From positions 1 through 28,246 of the forward strand of contig JAYTOU010000098.1 of assembly GCA_043747615.1 (NCBI GenBank): a DNA stretch of 28,246 bases, read 5' to 3'. Under the pieces are notes generated by a model, which was given only the letters and a program-made list of their open reading frames with translations, was not told where the DNA came from and did no database searches. The DNA comes from Myxococcales bacterium (GTDB taxonomy: Bacteria > Myxococcota_A > Polyangia > Polyangiales > Polyangiaceae). The translations under genes and the position numbers were made by a program. Shown here in pieces: positions 1 through 8,988 of this stretch. How positions within the stretch are numbered: position 1 is the stretch's first letter; each line of letters opens with the position of its first letter.

Positions 1-1
1 G

Positions 2-553
2 CTTGACGGCAAGGACCCCGAAGGCCACGTATGGACCTATATGGGTTATGGTCCGTTTGCCTCGGCCGAAGAATTCACCGAATGGGTAAAACAGCGCGAG
101 GCTGCCCGCGACCCATGGTTCTACGCATTTGTCCGCCGCGATACGGGCAACGCCGTTGGCATGGGCGCTTTCATGCGCAACGATGCTGCCAACGGCGTTA
201 TCGAGATTGGCCATATCTGGATGTCGCCGGAACTTCAGCAAACCCGTGAAGCCACCGAAGCCATCTACCTCATGATGCGCTACTGTTTTGATGATTTGGG
301 GGTGCGCCGCCTGGAATGGAAATGCGACCACCTCAACGCGGCTTCACGCAAGGCAGCTGATCGTTTCGGCTTCACCTTTGAAGGCATTTTCCGCCAGCAC
401 TTGATCATCAAGGGCCGCAATCGTGACACCGCATGGTTTTCCATGCTCGACACCGAATGGCCGAAAGCCCGGTCGGCCTTTGAAGCGTGGCTGAAGGACG
501 ACAACTTTGATGAAAAGGGCATTCAGAAAGCCAAGTTGCGAGTTGGCACTTAG
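2..553 (+). CDS. GNAT N-acetyltransferase (RimJ/RimL-like), 5'-truncated by window edge
   Basis: The frame of ORF 41..553 is open back to base 2 (LDGKDPEGHVWTYMGYGPF...). RimL-like motifs IEIGHIW, RRLEWKCDHLNAASRKAADRFGFTFEGIFRQH and GRNRDTAWFS. Confidence 0.88.
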   Translation, partial: LDGKDPEGHVWTYMGYGPFASAEEFTEWVKQREAARDPWFYAFVRRDTGNAVGMGAFMRNDAANGVIEIGHIWMSPELQQTREATEAIYLMMRYCFDDLGVRRLEWKCDHLNAASRKAADRFGFTFEGIFRQHLIIKGRNRDTAWFSMLDTEWPKARSAFEAWLKDDNFDEKGIQKAKLRVGT

Positions 554-595
554 ACTGCTAATCAGCGGCCAGAATTTTAACAGGTCAGGTTTTGC

Positions 596-883
596 ATGTC
601 AGTTGATCAAGCCACCGTGCGCCGGGTTGCCAAGCTCGCCCGCATCAAGGTTAAGGAAGAAAATGTTGAACGCCTCGCTGGCGAGCTGAATTCCATTCTC
701 CATTGGATTGAGCAACTGAATGAAGTTGACGTGGCAGGCGTGGAGCCGCTCACTTCCGTTGTCACCGTCAAAATGAAAATGCGCCACGACGTGGTGACTG
801 ACGGCAACAATCCAAAAGCCGCCGTGGCCAATGCGCCTGCAACTGAAGATGACTATTTCCTCGTGCCAAAGGTGATTGAATGA
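596..883 (+). CDS. gatC: Asp-tRNA(Asn)/Glu-tRNA(Gln) amidotransferase subunit C (alphaproteobacterial-type sequence)
   Basis: 95 aa; [24 protein letters not shown] and [18 protein letters not shown]. The stop overlaps the gatA start (ATGA). Confidence 0.96.
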   Translation: MSVDQATVRRVAKLARIKVKEENVERLAGELNSILHWIEQLNEVDVAGVEPLTSVVTVKMKMRHDVVTDGNNPKAAVANAPATEDDYFLVPKVIE

Positions 884-2352
884 CCGATCTCACGTCACTC
901 ACCATCGCCACCGCCCGCGAAGGCTTGCGCACACGCGAGTTCTCCGCCCTTGAACTCACCAATGCCTATCTCGCCAATATGGAACGCGCCCGCATTCTTA
1001 ACGCCTACATCATTGAAACGCCTGATAAAGCCCGCGACATGGCCAAAGCGTCTGACGCGAAATTGGCCAAGGGTGAAGGTGGCGCCTTGGAAGGCATCCC
1101 GCTTGGCATCAAGGATCTCTTTGCAACCCGTGGCATTCACACCCAGGCGTGCAGCCACATCCTGGATGGCTTCAAACCACAATATGAATCCACCGTTACC
1201 AGCAACCTTTGGCGCGATGGCGCGGTAATGCTCGGCAAGCTGAACATGGACGAGTTCGCCATGGGCTCGTCGAACGAGAACAGCGCCTATGGTGCGGTGA
1301 GAAATCCCTGGGACCTCACGCGCACGCCCGGGGGCTCGTCGGGGGGGAGCGCCGCGGCCGTCGCGTCGCGGATGGCTCCGGTCGCTCTCGGCAGTGATAC
1401 CGGGGGCTCGATCCGTCAGCCCGCCGCTCTCACCGGCACGGTCGGCGTAAAGCCCACCTACGGCCGCGTCTCTCGCTATGGCCTCATTGCGTTCGCCTCG
1501 AGCCTCGACCAGATCGGTCCGTTCGCCGGCGACGTGCGCAGCGCGGCGCGCGTGCTCGCAGTGATCAGCGGCAAGGATCCGAAGGACGCAACCTCTGTCG
1601 ACGCTCCCGTCGACGACTTCGAAGGCGCATGCGCTACCAGCATCAAAGGCTTGAAAATTGGGGTCCCGGAAGAATATTTCGTCGCCGGTCTCGACCCGGA
1701 GGTCGAAGCGAGCGTGCGCGCCGCCATCCAGGAGCTGGAGGCCGAGGGCTGCATCATCAAGCCCGTCAAGCTCCCCCACACGCGCTTCGCCGTCGCCACC
1801 TACTACGTGATCGCGACGGCGGAAGCGTCGAGCAACCTCGCGCGCTTCGACGGTGTTCGCTACGGTCTTCGGGTCCTCCCACCCCAAGGTGACTTGCGGG
1901 CCATGTACGGGGCCACGCGCGAGCGAGGCTTCGGTCCTGAGGTGAAGCGCCGGATCATCCTCGGCACCTTCGTCCTCTCCGCGGGCTACTACGACGCTTA
2001 CTACCTGAAGGCGCAGAAGGTCCGCACCCTCGTACGTCGCGACTTCGAATCGGCGTTCAGAGAGGTGGACGCGATCTGCTCGCCCACCACGCCGACCGCG
2101 GCCTTCAAGCTCGGCGAGAAAACGAGCGACCCCTTGGCGATGTACTTGAGTGATGTCTACACGCTTCCGGCGAGTCTCGCGGGCATCCCTGCGGCGAGCG
2201 TGCCGGCGGGGCCGACGAAGAGCGGGCTGCCGATCGGTTTTCAGATCATGGCCCCCGCGCTCAAGGAGACCACGCTCTTCGCGCTCGCGGCGGCGTGGGA
2301 GGCGCGTTCACCGTCGCGCGGGTCGCTGCCGCCGATCGCCTCGAGCGTGTAA
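880..2352 (+). CDS. gatA: Asp-tRNA(Asn)/Glu-tRNA(Gln) amidotransferase subunit A (apparently chimeric)
   Basis: Amidase signature IKD...[52 protein letters not shown] and [22 protein letters not shown]. Directly follows gatC. Confidence 0.97.
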   Translation: MTDLTSLTIATAREGLRTREFSALELTNAYLANMERARILNAYIIETPDKARDMAKASDAKLAKGEGGALEGIPLGIKDLFATRGIHTQACSHILDGFKPQYESTVTSNLWRDGAVMLGKLNMDEFAMGSSNENSAYGAVRNPWDLTRTPGGSSGGSAAAVASRMAPVALGSDTGGSIRQPAALTGTVGVKPTYGRVSRYGLIAFASSLDQIGPFAGDVRSAARVLAVISGKDPKDATSVDAPVDDFEGACATSIKGLKIGVPEEYFVAGLDPEVEASVRAAIQELEAEGCIIKPVKLPHTRFAVATYYVIATAEASSNLARFDGVRYGLRVLPPQGDLRAMYGATRERGFGPEVKRRIILGTFVLSAGYYDAYYLKAQKVRTLVRRDFESAFREVDAICSPTTPTAAFKLGEKTSDPLAMYLSDVYTLPASLAGIPAASVPAGPTKSGLPIGFQIMAPALKETTLFALAAAWEARSPSRGSLPPIASSV

Positions 2353-2918
2353 TGCACGTTGCGCTGCTCGACGCCGCCCATCTCGAATCGTGGGGCGAGC
2401 TCTTCACCGCCTCGGGATCGGCTTGTTTTTGCCGCTATTGGCACTTCGTCGGCACGAAGAACGATTGGCTCGCGCGGTGCGCTTTCACTCCTGAGAAGAA
2501 CTTCGAGGAGCACGCGGCGGTCGTGTCTGAGATCTCGGGCCGCGGTCTCGTCGCGATCGACAATGAGCGCGTGCTCGGCTGGATGAAGCTGGCGCCGCGG
2601 CTCACCCTTCCGAAGCTCCGTGCCCTGCCCGTTTATCGGTCGCTCGAGCTCGGCGGCGACGAGGGCGTGTACAGCATCGGGTGCATCCTCGTTCATCCGG
2701 AGCATCGCCATGAAGGCATCGCTCGGGCCTTGGTGACCGCTGCGGCGATCCACGTGCGCACTTGGGGAGGGACGGCGATTGAAGCCTACCCGCGTCGGGC
2801 GCGCGAGCCGCTTCACGATGAGGAAGCATGGATGGGACCGGAAAAAGTTTTCGTCGACTGCGGCTTCGATGCCGTGGCCGGTGAGGCGCCGTATCCCGTC
2901 TATCGCCTCGTCCTCTGA
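2352..2918 (+). CDS. GNAT N-acetyltransferase with N-terminal CxC motif
   Basis: ATG at 2352 overlaps the gatA stop (TAATG). Motifs CFCRYWH, acetyl-CoA-binding VHPEHRHEGIARAL and IEAYP. Confidence 0.85.
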   Translation: MHVALLDAAHLESWGELFTASGSACFCRYWHFVGTKNDWLARCAFTPEKNFEEHAAVVSEISGRGLVAIDNERVLGWMKLAPRLTLPKLRALPVYRSLELGGDEGVYSIGCILVHPEHRHEGIARALVTAAAIHVRTWGGTAIEAYPRRAREPLHDEEAWMGPEKVFVDCGFDAVAGEAPYPVYRLVL

Positions 2919-2961
2919 CGGCGATCGAGCGAAGCCGTAGAAGATGTGACATTCTCTTTTC

Positions 2962-4404
2962 ATGAGGACGCTCCTTCTTTGCTCGCTTGGACTCATCGCG
3001 GCTTGTTCGAAGGGCATGGGCGACGCGCCCCTCGCCGACGCGGCCGTCGCGACCTACGCGCCTCAAGGCTGCGCCTACACCGTGACGCCGCCCGATGCGC
3101 GCGGCTTCACCGAGTTTGCTCTCGACGACACCATCGCAGCCGCGGGTGACCCGGGGGATCCCGCGCCCTTGCGGGTGCGCCTCGGCCTCGGCGGAACGAC
3201 GGCCTCCGGCATGGAGGGCTACGCCAACGCCTCCACCACTGCCGCTTTTACCTGGGAAACGAAGGGTGCCACGCACGCCGCTAGGGTGAGGCTCGGCTCC
3301 TCGCCCGACGCACTCACGGACGTGCACGCGGGCTACTCGTGGACGACGCCCGCCGGCATCGGCAGCGCAGCGAACATGCACGAAGCTCACGCGTGCAATC
3401 TCACGGCGGGCAAGACGTACTACTACCAAGTCGGCGGAGGGCCGGCCGGCGCAGAGAAGTGGAGCGCGACCCAATCGTTCACGACGGTGCCGAGCTCTGG
3501 CAAAGTCACCATCGGTCTCTCCGGCGATTCGCGCGACTCGGCGGATATTTTTCAGCTCGTGCAAGGGCGCATGCGCGACGCGGGCGCCTCTGCGCAGGTC
3601 TTCAGCGGTGATCTCGTCCTCTTCGGCGCTCAAGAAGACGTCTATGCGCAGTGGCTCGACAAGGCTTGGAAAGATCCGATGGACTCCACCAAGTTCCTGA
3701 CCTTGGGCCAGCAGCTCATTCTCCCGGTGCCGGGAAATCACGAGAACAGCTCGGCGCAATTTTACGGAAACTTCGCGCTCCCTGGCGATGGTCCGTTCGC
3801 CGAGTCGTTCTCCTCGGTGAACCTCGGCAGCGCGCACCTGGTTCTCCTCGACGATCAAGCAATCGCCGTGAGCCCCACTGGGGAAGCAGCCATGGCCCAG
3901 CTCGCCTGGCTTGAGGAAGACCTCGCTCGCGCCGAACAAAATCGGAAGGACCAGCCGTTCATCGTGGTCGTTCACCATCGCGGCGAGCTCTCGACGTCCA
4001 CCCATGCGCCCGATGCCGACGTGGGTAAGACGCGCGAGGCGCTCATGCCCGTCTGGGACAAGCACCACGTCGACTTAGTTTTGAACGGACACGATCACAA
4101 CTACGAGCGCTCCAAGCCCGTGACCGGACCGGCGAAAGCTCCCGTCGTGGCCGCGTCGTCCACGGCCGGAACGACCTACGTCGTCTGCGCGGGTGCCGGC
4201 GCCAGCGCGTACGCGCCTGGGGGCGGCACCGTCGCCTACCGCGAAAAGAACGTCGCCTTCGGAATGGGCACGCCGTACGTGGGCGTGTACTCGCTCTTCT
4301 CCGTGGAGGGACCGAAGCTCACCTTCACCGCGTACGGCCTGAAATCCGCAGGCGGCAGCGTCATGGGCGACGACGTGATCGACACCTTCACGCTCTTGCG
4401 CTGA
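2962..4404 (+). CDS. Lipoprotein metallophosphoesterase (purple-acid-phosphatase-like fold, FN3-like N-terminal domain)
   Basis: Lipobox LIAAC; FN3-like NLTAGKTYYYQVG; calcineurin-like motifs GDSR, GDLV, GNHE, VVHH and GHDHNYER. Confidence 0.88.
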   Translation: MRTLLLCSLGLIAACSKGMGDAPLADAAVATYAPQGCAYTVTPPDARGFTEFALDDTIAAAGDPGDPAPLRVRLGLGGTTASGMEGYANASTTAAFTWETKGATHAARVRLGSSPDALTDVHAGYSWTTPAGIGSAANMHEAHACNLTAGKTYYYQVGGGPAGAEKWSATQSFTTVPSSGKVTIGLSGDSRDSADIFQLVQGRMRDAGASAQVFSGDLVLFGAQEDVYAQWLDKAWKDPMDSTKFLTLGQQLILPVPGNHENSSAQFYGNFALPGDGPFAESFSSVNLGSAHLVLLDDQAIAVSPTGEAAMAQLAWLEEDLARAEQNRKDQPFIVVVHHRGELSTSTHAPDADVGKTREALMPVWDKHHVDLVLNGHDHNYERSKPVTGPAKAPVVAASSTAGTTYVVCAGAGASAYAPGGGTVAYREKNVAFGMGTPYVGVYSLFSVEGPKLTFTAYGLKSAGGSVMGDDVIDTFTLLR

Positions 4405-4406
4405 AG

Positions 4407-6461
4407 CTAGGAACGGGTGCGAGACGCGCCCGCACGCCGCACGCCGCTCTCGGGGTGGAGTGACGACCACCGGATGCTGCGCAGGACCTCGCACGACAGG
4501 CCGATGAGGACGGCGCGCATCACGTCGTGCGCCTCCGCGATTTTTGCCTGCGAGAGCGTGGCGATCACACCGCTCAGTGTGGCGTTGCCGTCGAACCGGC
4601 GAATCGCGTACGTCTCCTTTTCGGGCATGCGGAAGCTCTCCAAGCGCACCGGAGGATGAGCCACTTGCTCGAGCGTCTCGTCTGCTAGCGGGGCGAGAAC
4701 GGTGGCGAGCTCGTCGTGATCATAGCCTTCGCGGATCCCGCGGACGATGAGCTCGAAGGTGTCGACACCGAGCGGAAATGTCTCCTCGTGCGAGCGCGCT
4801 CCGCGGACGTAGGAGACCTCGCCCGTCTTCCAGCTCATGGCCTCGACGAATCGCTCCTGGGTTTGATCGTGGATCGCTCGAAAAAGCTCGATCGGACGGA
4901 GCACCCCGAGGCCGACCAGCGCGTCTCCCAGGCGACCGCCGAACTTCGGCAGCATGGCGAGCGCCATGTCTACTTCCATTCGCAGCACCTGCCCGCGGGC
5001 CACGAGGTGCTCGCCGAGGAGCTCGCGTTTTTCCGTCGAGGCCACGAACTCGGGCGTACCCTCCACGAGGTAAATTTTCTTCTTCCGCCGGCCATCACGA
5101 AAGAGAAGGACGCCCGTCTCTCGCTCGAGGGCGAGCTGGAACAGATACCCGGGGAGCGTCGCCCGATCGATGGTGGAGTGCTCGGCGCTTCCGGTGATGT
5201 CGTCGTCCCAGCGAAGCGCTGGGCTCGTCACGAAGCGGGCAAACTCCGGAAAATCCACGGCCTGCTTGAAGGACCGGCTCTCGCGCGAGAGAAACGATTT
5301 CGAGCTCAGCTCTCCCGTCGCGAAGAGCTCGATGAGACGCGGATACGAGAACGGCCCCGCCGACGTCCCGTCCGCATTCTTGAGGCAGTAAATTTGCGGC
5401 GCGACCTCGTGGCTCTCTGGCGAGCTCACCCGACCGACCGCCTGCCGGGTATCCACGTCGAGGTCGAGGATCGCAGTCGTGCGCCGGTTCGAGTCTCCCG
5501 TCTTCTCGTCTTCGACCTCGGGGCCTTGGGCCAGCCCGAGACGATCCACCCAGGCCCCGAGTCTCGCGGGACCCACCTGGAGGCGGCGTCGGCGAATGAG
5601 CTCTTCGATGGCCTCGGCGAAGGCGGTCGCCGACGGATAACGGAGGGCCGGATCTTTCGCGAGGGCGCGGTAGAGAACGGCGCGCAGGTCGTCGGGAAGG
5701 TGCACGCCTCCGCGATCGAGGGGAGACACATCGGCGTCGCGAATGCGCAGAAGCACGTCGAGCTCCCGGCCGCCGGAAAAGAGCGGGCGAAGCGTCACCA
5801 TCTCGGCCAGCACTATGCCGAGGGTGAAGAGATCGCTGCGCGCGTCGAGCTCTTTTCCCACGACCTGCTCGGGGGACATGTACCCGAGCTTGCCTTTCAA
5901 CTGACCGGCATCGGTGCGCCGCTCGAACTCCGTTGCGCGGGCGATGCCGAAATCGGTGAGCTTCACCGCCCCCGATCGATCGATGAGCACGTTTCCCGGC
6001 GACACGTCGCGATGAACGAGCCGGAGCGGTTTGCCGCGATCGTCTCGGACGGCGTGGGCATACTCGAGGCCGCGAAGAACACTCAGGGTGAGATGCAGGG
6101 AAACTTCGAGTGGGAGCTCGTCACCGCGGGAGGCGGCCGCGCGAATGAGACGCGCCCCCGTGGTACCGTCCACGTACTCCATGGCCATGTAGAGCTCGCC
6201 GTCGTGCTCACCGAAATCGAAGACCTGTACGATGTTCGGGTGGCACAACCGCGCGCACATTCGCGCTTCGTCGACGAACATCGCGACGAAGTCGGCGTCC
6301 TGCGCGAGCTGCGGCAGGATGCGCTTGAGCGCGAAGATTTTCTGGAAGCCGTGGGGTCCGGCACGCTTGGCGAGATACACCTCCGCCATCCCGCCGGTGG
6401 CCAGGCGCTCTATTAGCTCGTAAGGGCCGAGCCGCGGCGGCACCGGAGGGCTCGATGTCAC
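4407..6461 (-). CDS. Hanks-type Ser/Thr protein kinase with GYF_2-like and DUF4388/MshEN-like C-terminal modules
   Basis: GGMAEVY, ALKRIL, HRDVSPGN, DFGIA, GYMSPEQ and DLFTLG. GTG start; no obvious TM segment. C-terminal TGVLLFRDGRRKKKIYLVEGTP and RLGDALVGLGVL. Confidence 0.93.
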   Translation of the reverse strand: MTSSPPVPPRLGPYELIERLATGGMAEVYLAKRAGPHGFQKIFALKRILPQLAQDADFVAMFVDEARMCARLCHPNIVQVFDFGEHDGELYMAMEYVDGTTGARLIRAAASRGDELPLEVSLHLTLSVLRGLEYAHAVRDDRGKPLRLVHRDVSPGNVLIDRSGAVKLTDFGIARATEFERRTDAGQLKGKLGYMSPEQVVGKELDARSDLFTLGIVLAEMVTLRPLFSGGRELDVLLRIRDADVSPLDRGGVHLPDDLRAVLYRALAKDPALRYPSATAFAEAIEELIRRRRLQVGPARLGAWVDRLGLAQGPEVEDEKTGDSNRRTTAILDLDVDTRQAVGRVSSPESHEVAPQIYCLKNADGTSAGPFSYPRLIELFATGELSSKSFLSRESRSFKQAVDFPEFARFVTSPALRWDDDITGSAEHSTIDRATLPGYLFQLALERETGVLLFRDGRRKKKIYLVEGTPEFVASTEKRELLGEHLVARGQVLRMEVDMALAMLPKFGGRLGDALVGLGVLRPIELFRAIHDQTQERFVEAMSWKTGEVSYVRGARSHEETFPLGVDTFELIVRGIREGYDHDELATVLAPLADETLEQVAHPPVRLESFRMPEKETYAIRRFDGNATLSGVIATLSQAKIAEAHDVMRAVLIGLSCEVLRSIRWSSLHPESGVRRAGASRTRS

Positions 6462-6541
6462 GGTGGCGTGATCCTAACGCAACGCGCGCGACAAGCGAGA
6501 TTCAATGCGCTTTGGCCCCAATTTCCCCTCATTTGCAAACC

Positions 6542-6550
6542 TGATAGCGT
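6542..6550 (+). promoter_or_regulatory. Putative extended -10 element (TGnTAGCGT) upstream of the epimerase
   Basis: TG-A-TAGCGT lies 10 nt before ATG 6561, within a ~100-bp divergent intergenic region. No clear -35 or SD. Confidence 0.35.
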
Positions 6551-6560
6551 CGCCCGGTCG

Positions 6561-7664
6561 ATGTCCACCGTCCCCAAGCGGAAGAAGTCCGCGCACCAAC
6601 CTTCGTCCGAGCCTCGGCACGAACCCTCACCGCGACATTTGTCCCGCTCCACCCGCGGGGCCGATGCAGCGGCGGTGAGAGCCCCGGTCGTGGCGATCAC
6701 GGGCGCGTCGTCCTTTCTCGGGACGAACCTCATTGGGCTCCTCGAGGAGGACGAGCGGATCAAGCGGATCGTAGCGATCGACATCAAGCCCCCAACCACC
6801 GCCGGGAAAAAAACGCGAAGCTACGAGGTCGACTTCACCCAGCCAACGGCCGAATCCAGGCTGGCGGAGATCCTCGCCGCGGAGCGTGCCGACGCCCTGG
6901 TCCATCTCGCTTTTTTGGCTTCACCTACCCACGCGAGCGCCTGGTCTCACGAGCTCGAGAGCGTGGGCACGATGCACGTCCTCGTCGCGGCACGTCATGC
7001 CGGCGTGCAGAAGATCGTCCTCTGGTCGCAGACGGTTCTCTATGGCGCGAACCCATCGAACCCGAATTTTCTCTCCGAGCACCACCCGCTCCGCGCCGAC
7101 GTTCACGAGTCTTTTTTCGCGGACAAGATCGAAGCCGAAGGCGAAGCGAACAAGTTCGCGCAGCGGTCCCAGGGCTCGGTGGTCACCGTTCTTCGCACGG
7201 CGCCCATCCTCGGTCCCACGGTGCGCAACTACGTCACGCGCTACCTGTCGCGACGCCTCGTGCCGACGATGATGGGCTTCGATCCGCTCGTTCAATTCAT
7301 CCACGAGGTCGACGCCATCGCGGCCTTCAAGCTGGCGATCGATCGCGACGTGCCCGGAACCTTCAACATCGTCGGCGACGGCGTCCTGCCCCTCTCGACC
7401 GTGATCAAGCTCGCGGGGCGCATTTCGCTCCCGATTCCGCATCCCATCGCGCACTCGCTGGGAGCCCTCGGTTGGCTCGCGCAGATCTCCGAAGCACCCC
7501 CGAGCTTCCTCAAGTACCTCCGCTTCTTGTGCGTCGCCGATGGTGAAAAGGCGCGAGAAAAAATGGGGTTTCGTCCCGCCTATACGACCCGAGAGGCGCT
7601 CACCGATTTCGTCAGCGCACAGCGCTTGCGCGACGTGAAACTGCTGCAAGAGACACCAGCGTAA
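6561..7664 (+). CDS. NAD-dependent epimerase/dehydratase family protein (atypical extended SDR)
   Basis: Rossmann-like VAITGASSFLG, VHLAF, VLYGA, QFIHEVD and GTFNIVG. Start taken at ATG 6561 (ORF open from 6468). Confidence 0.85.
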   Translation: MSTVPKRKKSAHQPSSEPRHEPSPRHLSRSTRGADAAAVRAPVVAITGASSFLGTNLIGLLEEDERIKRIVAIDIKPPTTAGKKTRSYEVDFTQPTAESRLAEILAAERADALVHLAFLASPTHASAWSHELESVGTMHVLVAARHAGVQKIVLWSQTVLYGANPSNPNFLSEHHPLRADVHESFFADKIEAEGEANKFAQRSQGSVVTVLRTAPILGPTVRNYVTRYLSRRLVPTMMGFDPLVQFIHEVDAIAAFKLAIDRDVPGTFNIVGDGVLPLSTVIKLAGRISLPIPHPIAHSLGALGWLAQISEAPPSFLKYLRFLCVADGEKAREKMGFRPAYTTREALTDFVSAQRLRDVKLLQETPA

Positions 7665-7677
7665 GCGGAGGCCGCCG

Positions 7678-8988
7678 TTGACATCGAAGAAGAAAAAAAA
7701 GCCGGCCCGTAAACCGACCGCGACTGCAGCTCCGGCGAAGAAGCCGCGATCGATCCCGCCGCCGCCGAGGACGATCACCATACCGCCGCCAGCGGTGCTC
7801 GCCCCCGTGATCTCCGAGATGGCAAACGACGAGGAGGAGGAGCCGGTCACTCTGCGGCGCCCCGGGACGAAGCCGCTCGACCCTCTCGATGTGCTCGAAG
7901 CGGCCACCCGCGACGAGCCCGCGCCCGAGCCTGCTGACGCCGAAGAAGTCGCCGCGCAGATCCGCGCGCTCGAAGCCAGGCTCGATCGGATGATCGACGA
8001 GGCGTCCCAACACTCGCTCCCCGATGACGAAGACGACGACGAGATCGACGAGGCGTTCCCCATCCCCGGAGCCCGCGGCTCGGCCCCTCCGCTCTCGACG
8101 CGCTCGCTTCCGGACGAAGGGGAGATGACGGCGTTCGATACGGCACGCGAGCTTTTGTCGACCGACTACTACTTGCGGAAGTGGGGGCGCCTCGGCATGC
8201 GCAACCGCTCGGAGGAGGTCGACGAGTTCGGCTTCGATCCGGTGTACGAAAAGAAGGTCCTCCCCTTCTTCAACTTTCTTTACGAAAAATATTTTCGGGT
8301 GGAGGTCGTCGGGATCAACAAAATTCCGGATACGGGGCGCTGCCTCCTCGTCGCGAACCACTCCGGTACGCTCCCTTACGACGGCGCAATGATCAAAACG
8401 GCGGTGAAGCGCGTGCACCCGAAGCAGCGCGACGTACGCTGGCTTGCCGAGGATTTCATCTTCCACTTTCCATTTCTCGGCTCCTTCACCAACCGCATTG
8501 GAGCGGTGCGCGCGTGCCAGGAGAACGCCGAGCGCCTCCTTCGTAAAGACGCGCTGGTGGCTGTTTTTCCTGAAGGAACGAAGGGGATTGGCAAGCTGTA
8601 CAAAGAGCGCTACCGCCTGCAGCGTTTTGGCCGCGGCGGGTTCATCAAGCTCTGCCTCCGCACCGGTTCGCCCATTCTCCCCGTGGCGGTCATCGGAGCC
8701 GAAGAGACGAACCCCATGCTCTTTCGCATCGAGGCACTCTCGAAGGCCCTCGGTTTTCCGTACATTCCAGTCACGCCGACCTTTCCGCTCCTCGGGCCGC
8801 TCGGCCTCGCCCCGGCTCCGACCAAGTGGAAAATCTCCTTCGGCGACGTGATCCGTTTTGACGGCTATGGCCCCGAAGCCGCTGAAGACGAGATCCTCGT
8901 CGCGCGTCTTGCGGAGCGCGTCCGAGCAACGATTCAAGCCATGCTCGATCGCGGAATCGCTGAGCGTCGCTCGGTTTGGTCGGGTTGA
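7678..8988 (+). CDS. PlsC-family lysophospholipid/glycerol acyltransferase with long low-complexity N-terminus
   Basis: VDEFGFDP, LLVANHSGTLPYD, VFPEG, RFGRGGF and ILPVAVIGAEE. GGAGG (7667-7671) precedes the TTG start. Confidence 0.9.
   Translation: MTSKKKKKPARKPTATAAPAKKPRSIPPPPRTITIPPPAVLAPVISEMANDEEEEPVTLRRPGTKPLDPLDVLEAATRDEPAPEPADAEEVAAQIRALEARLDRMIDEASQHSLPDDEDDDEIDEAFPIPGARGSAPPLSTRSLPDEGEMTAFDTARELLSTDYYLRKWGRLGMRNRSEEVDEFGFDPVYEKKVLPFFNFLYEKYFRVEVVGINKIPDTGRCLLVANHSGTLPYDGAMIKTAVKRVHPKQRDVRWLAEDFIFHFPFLGSFTNRIGAVRACQENAERLLRKDALVAVFPEGTKGIGKLYKERYRLQRFGRGGFIKLCLRTGSPILPVAVIGAEETNPMLFRIEALSKALGFPYIPVTPTFPLLGPLGLAPAPTKWKISFGDVIRFDGYGPEAAEDEILVARLAERVRATIQAMLDRGIAERRSVWSG

Noticed and set aside
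1..1230. Lower-GC left end as a genomic island or mobile element
   Set aside because: It holds housekeeping genes, has no mobility genes, and the boundary falls in-frame within a conserved gatA motif. A chimeric junction explains it better.
4716..6416. 566-aa plus-strand ORF antisense to the kinase
   Set aside because: Shadow ORF typical of high-GC coding DNA; no motifs, and fully overlaps a well-supported gene.
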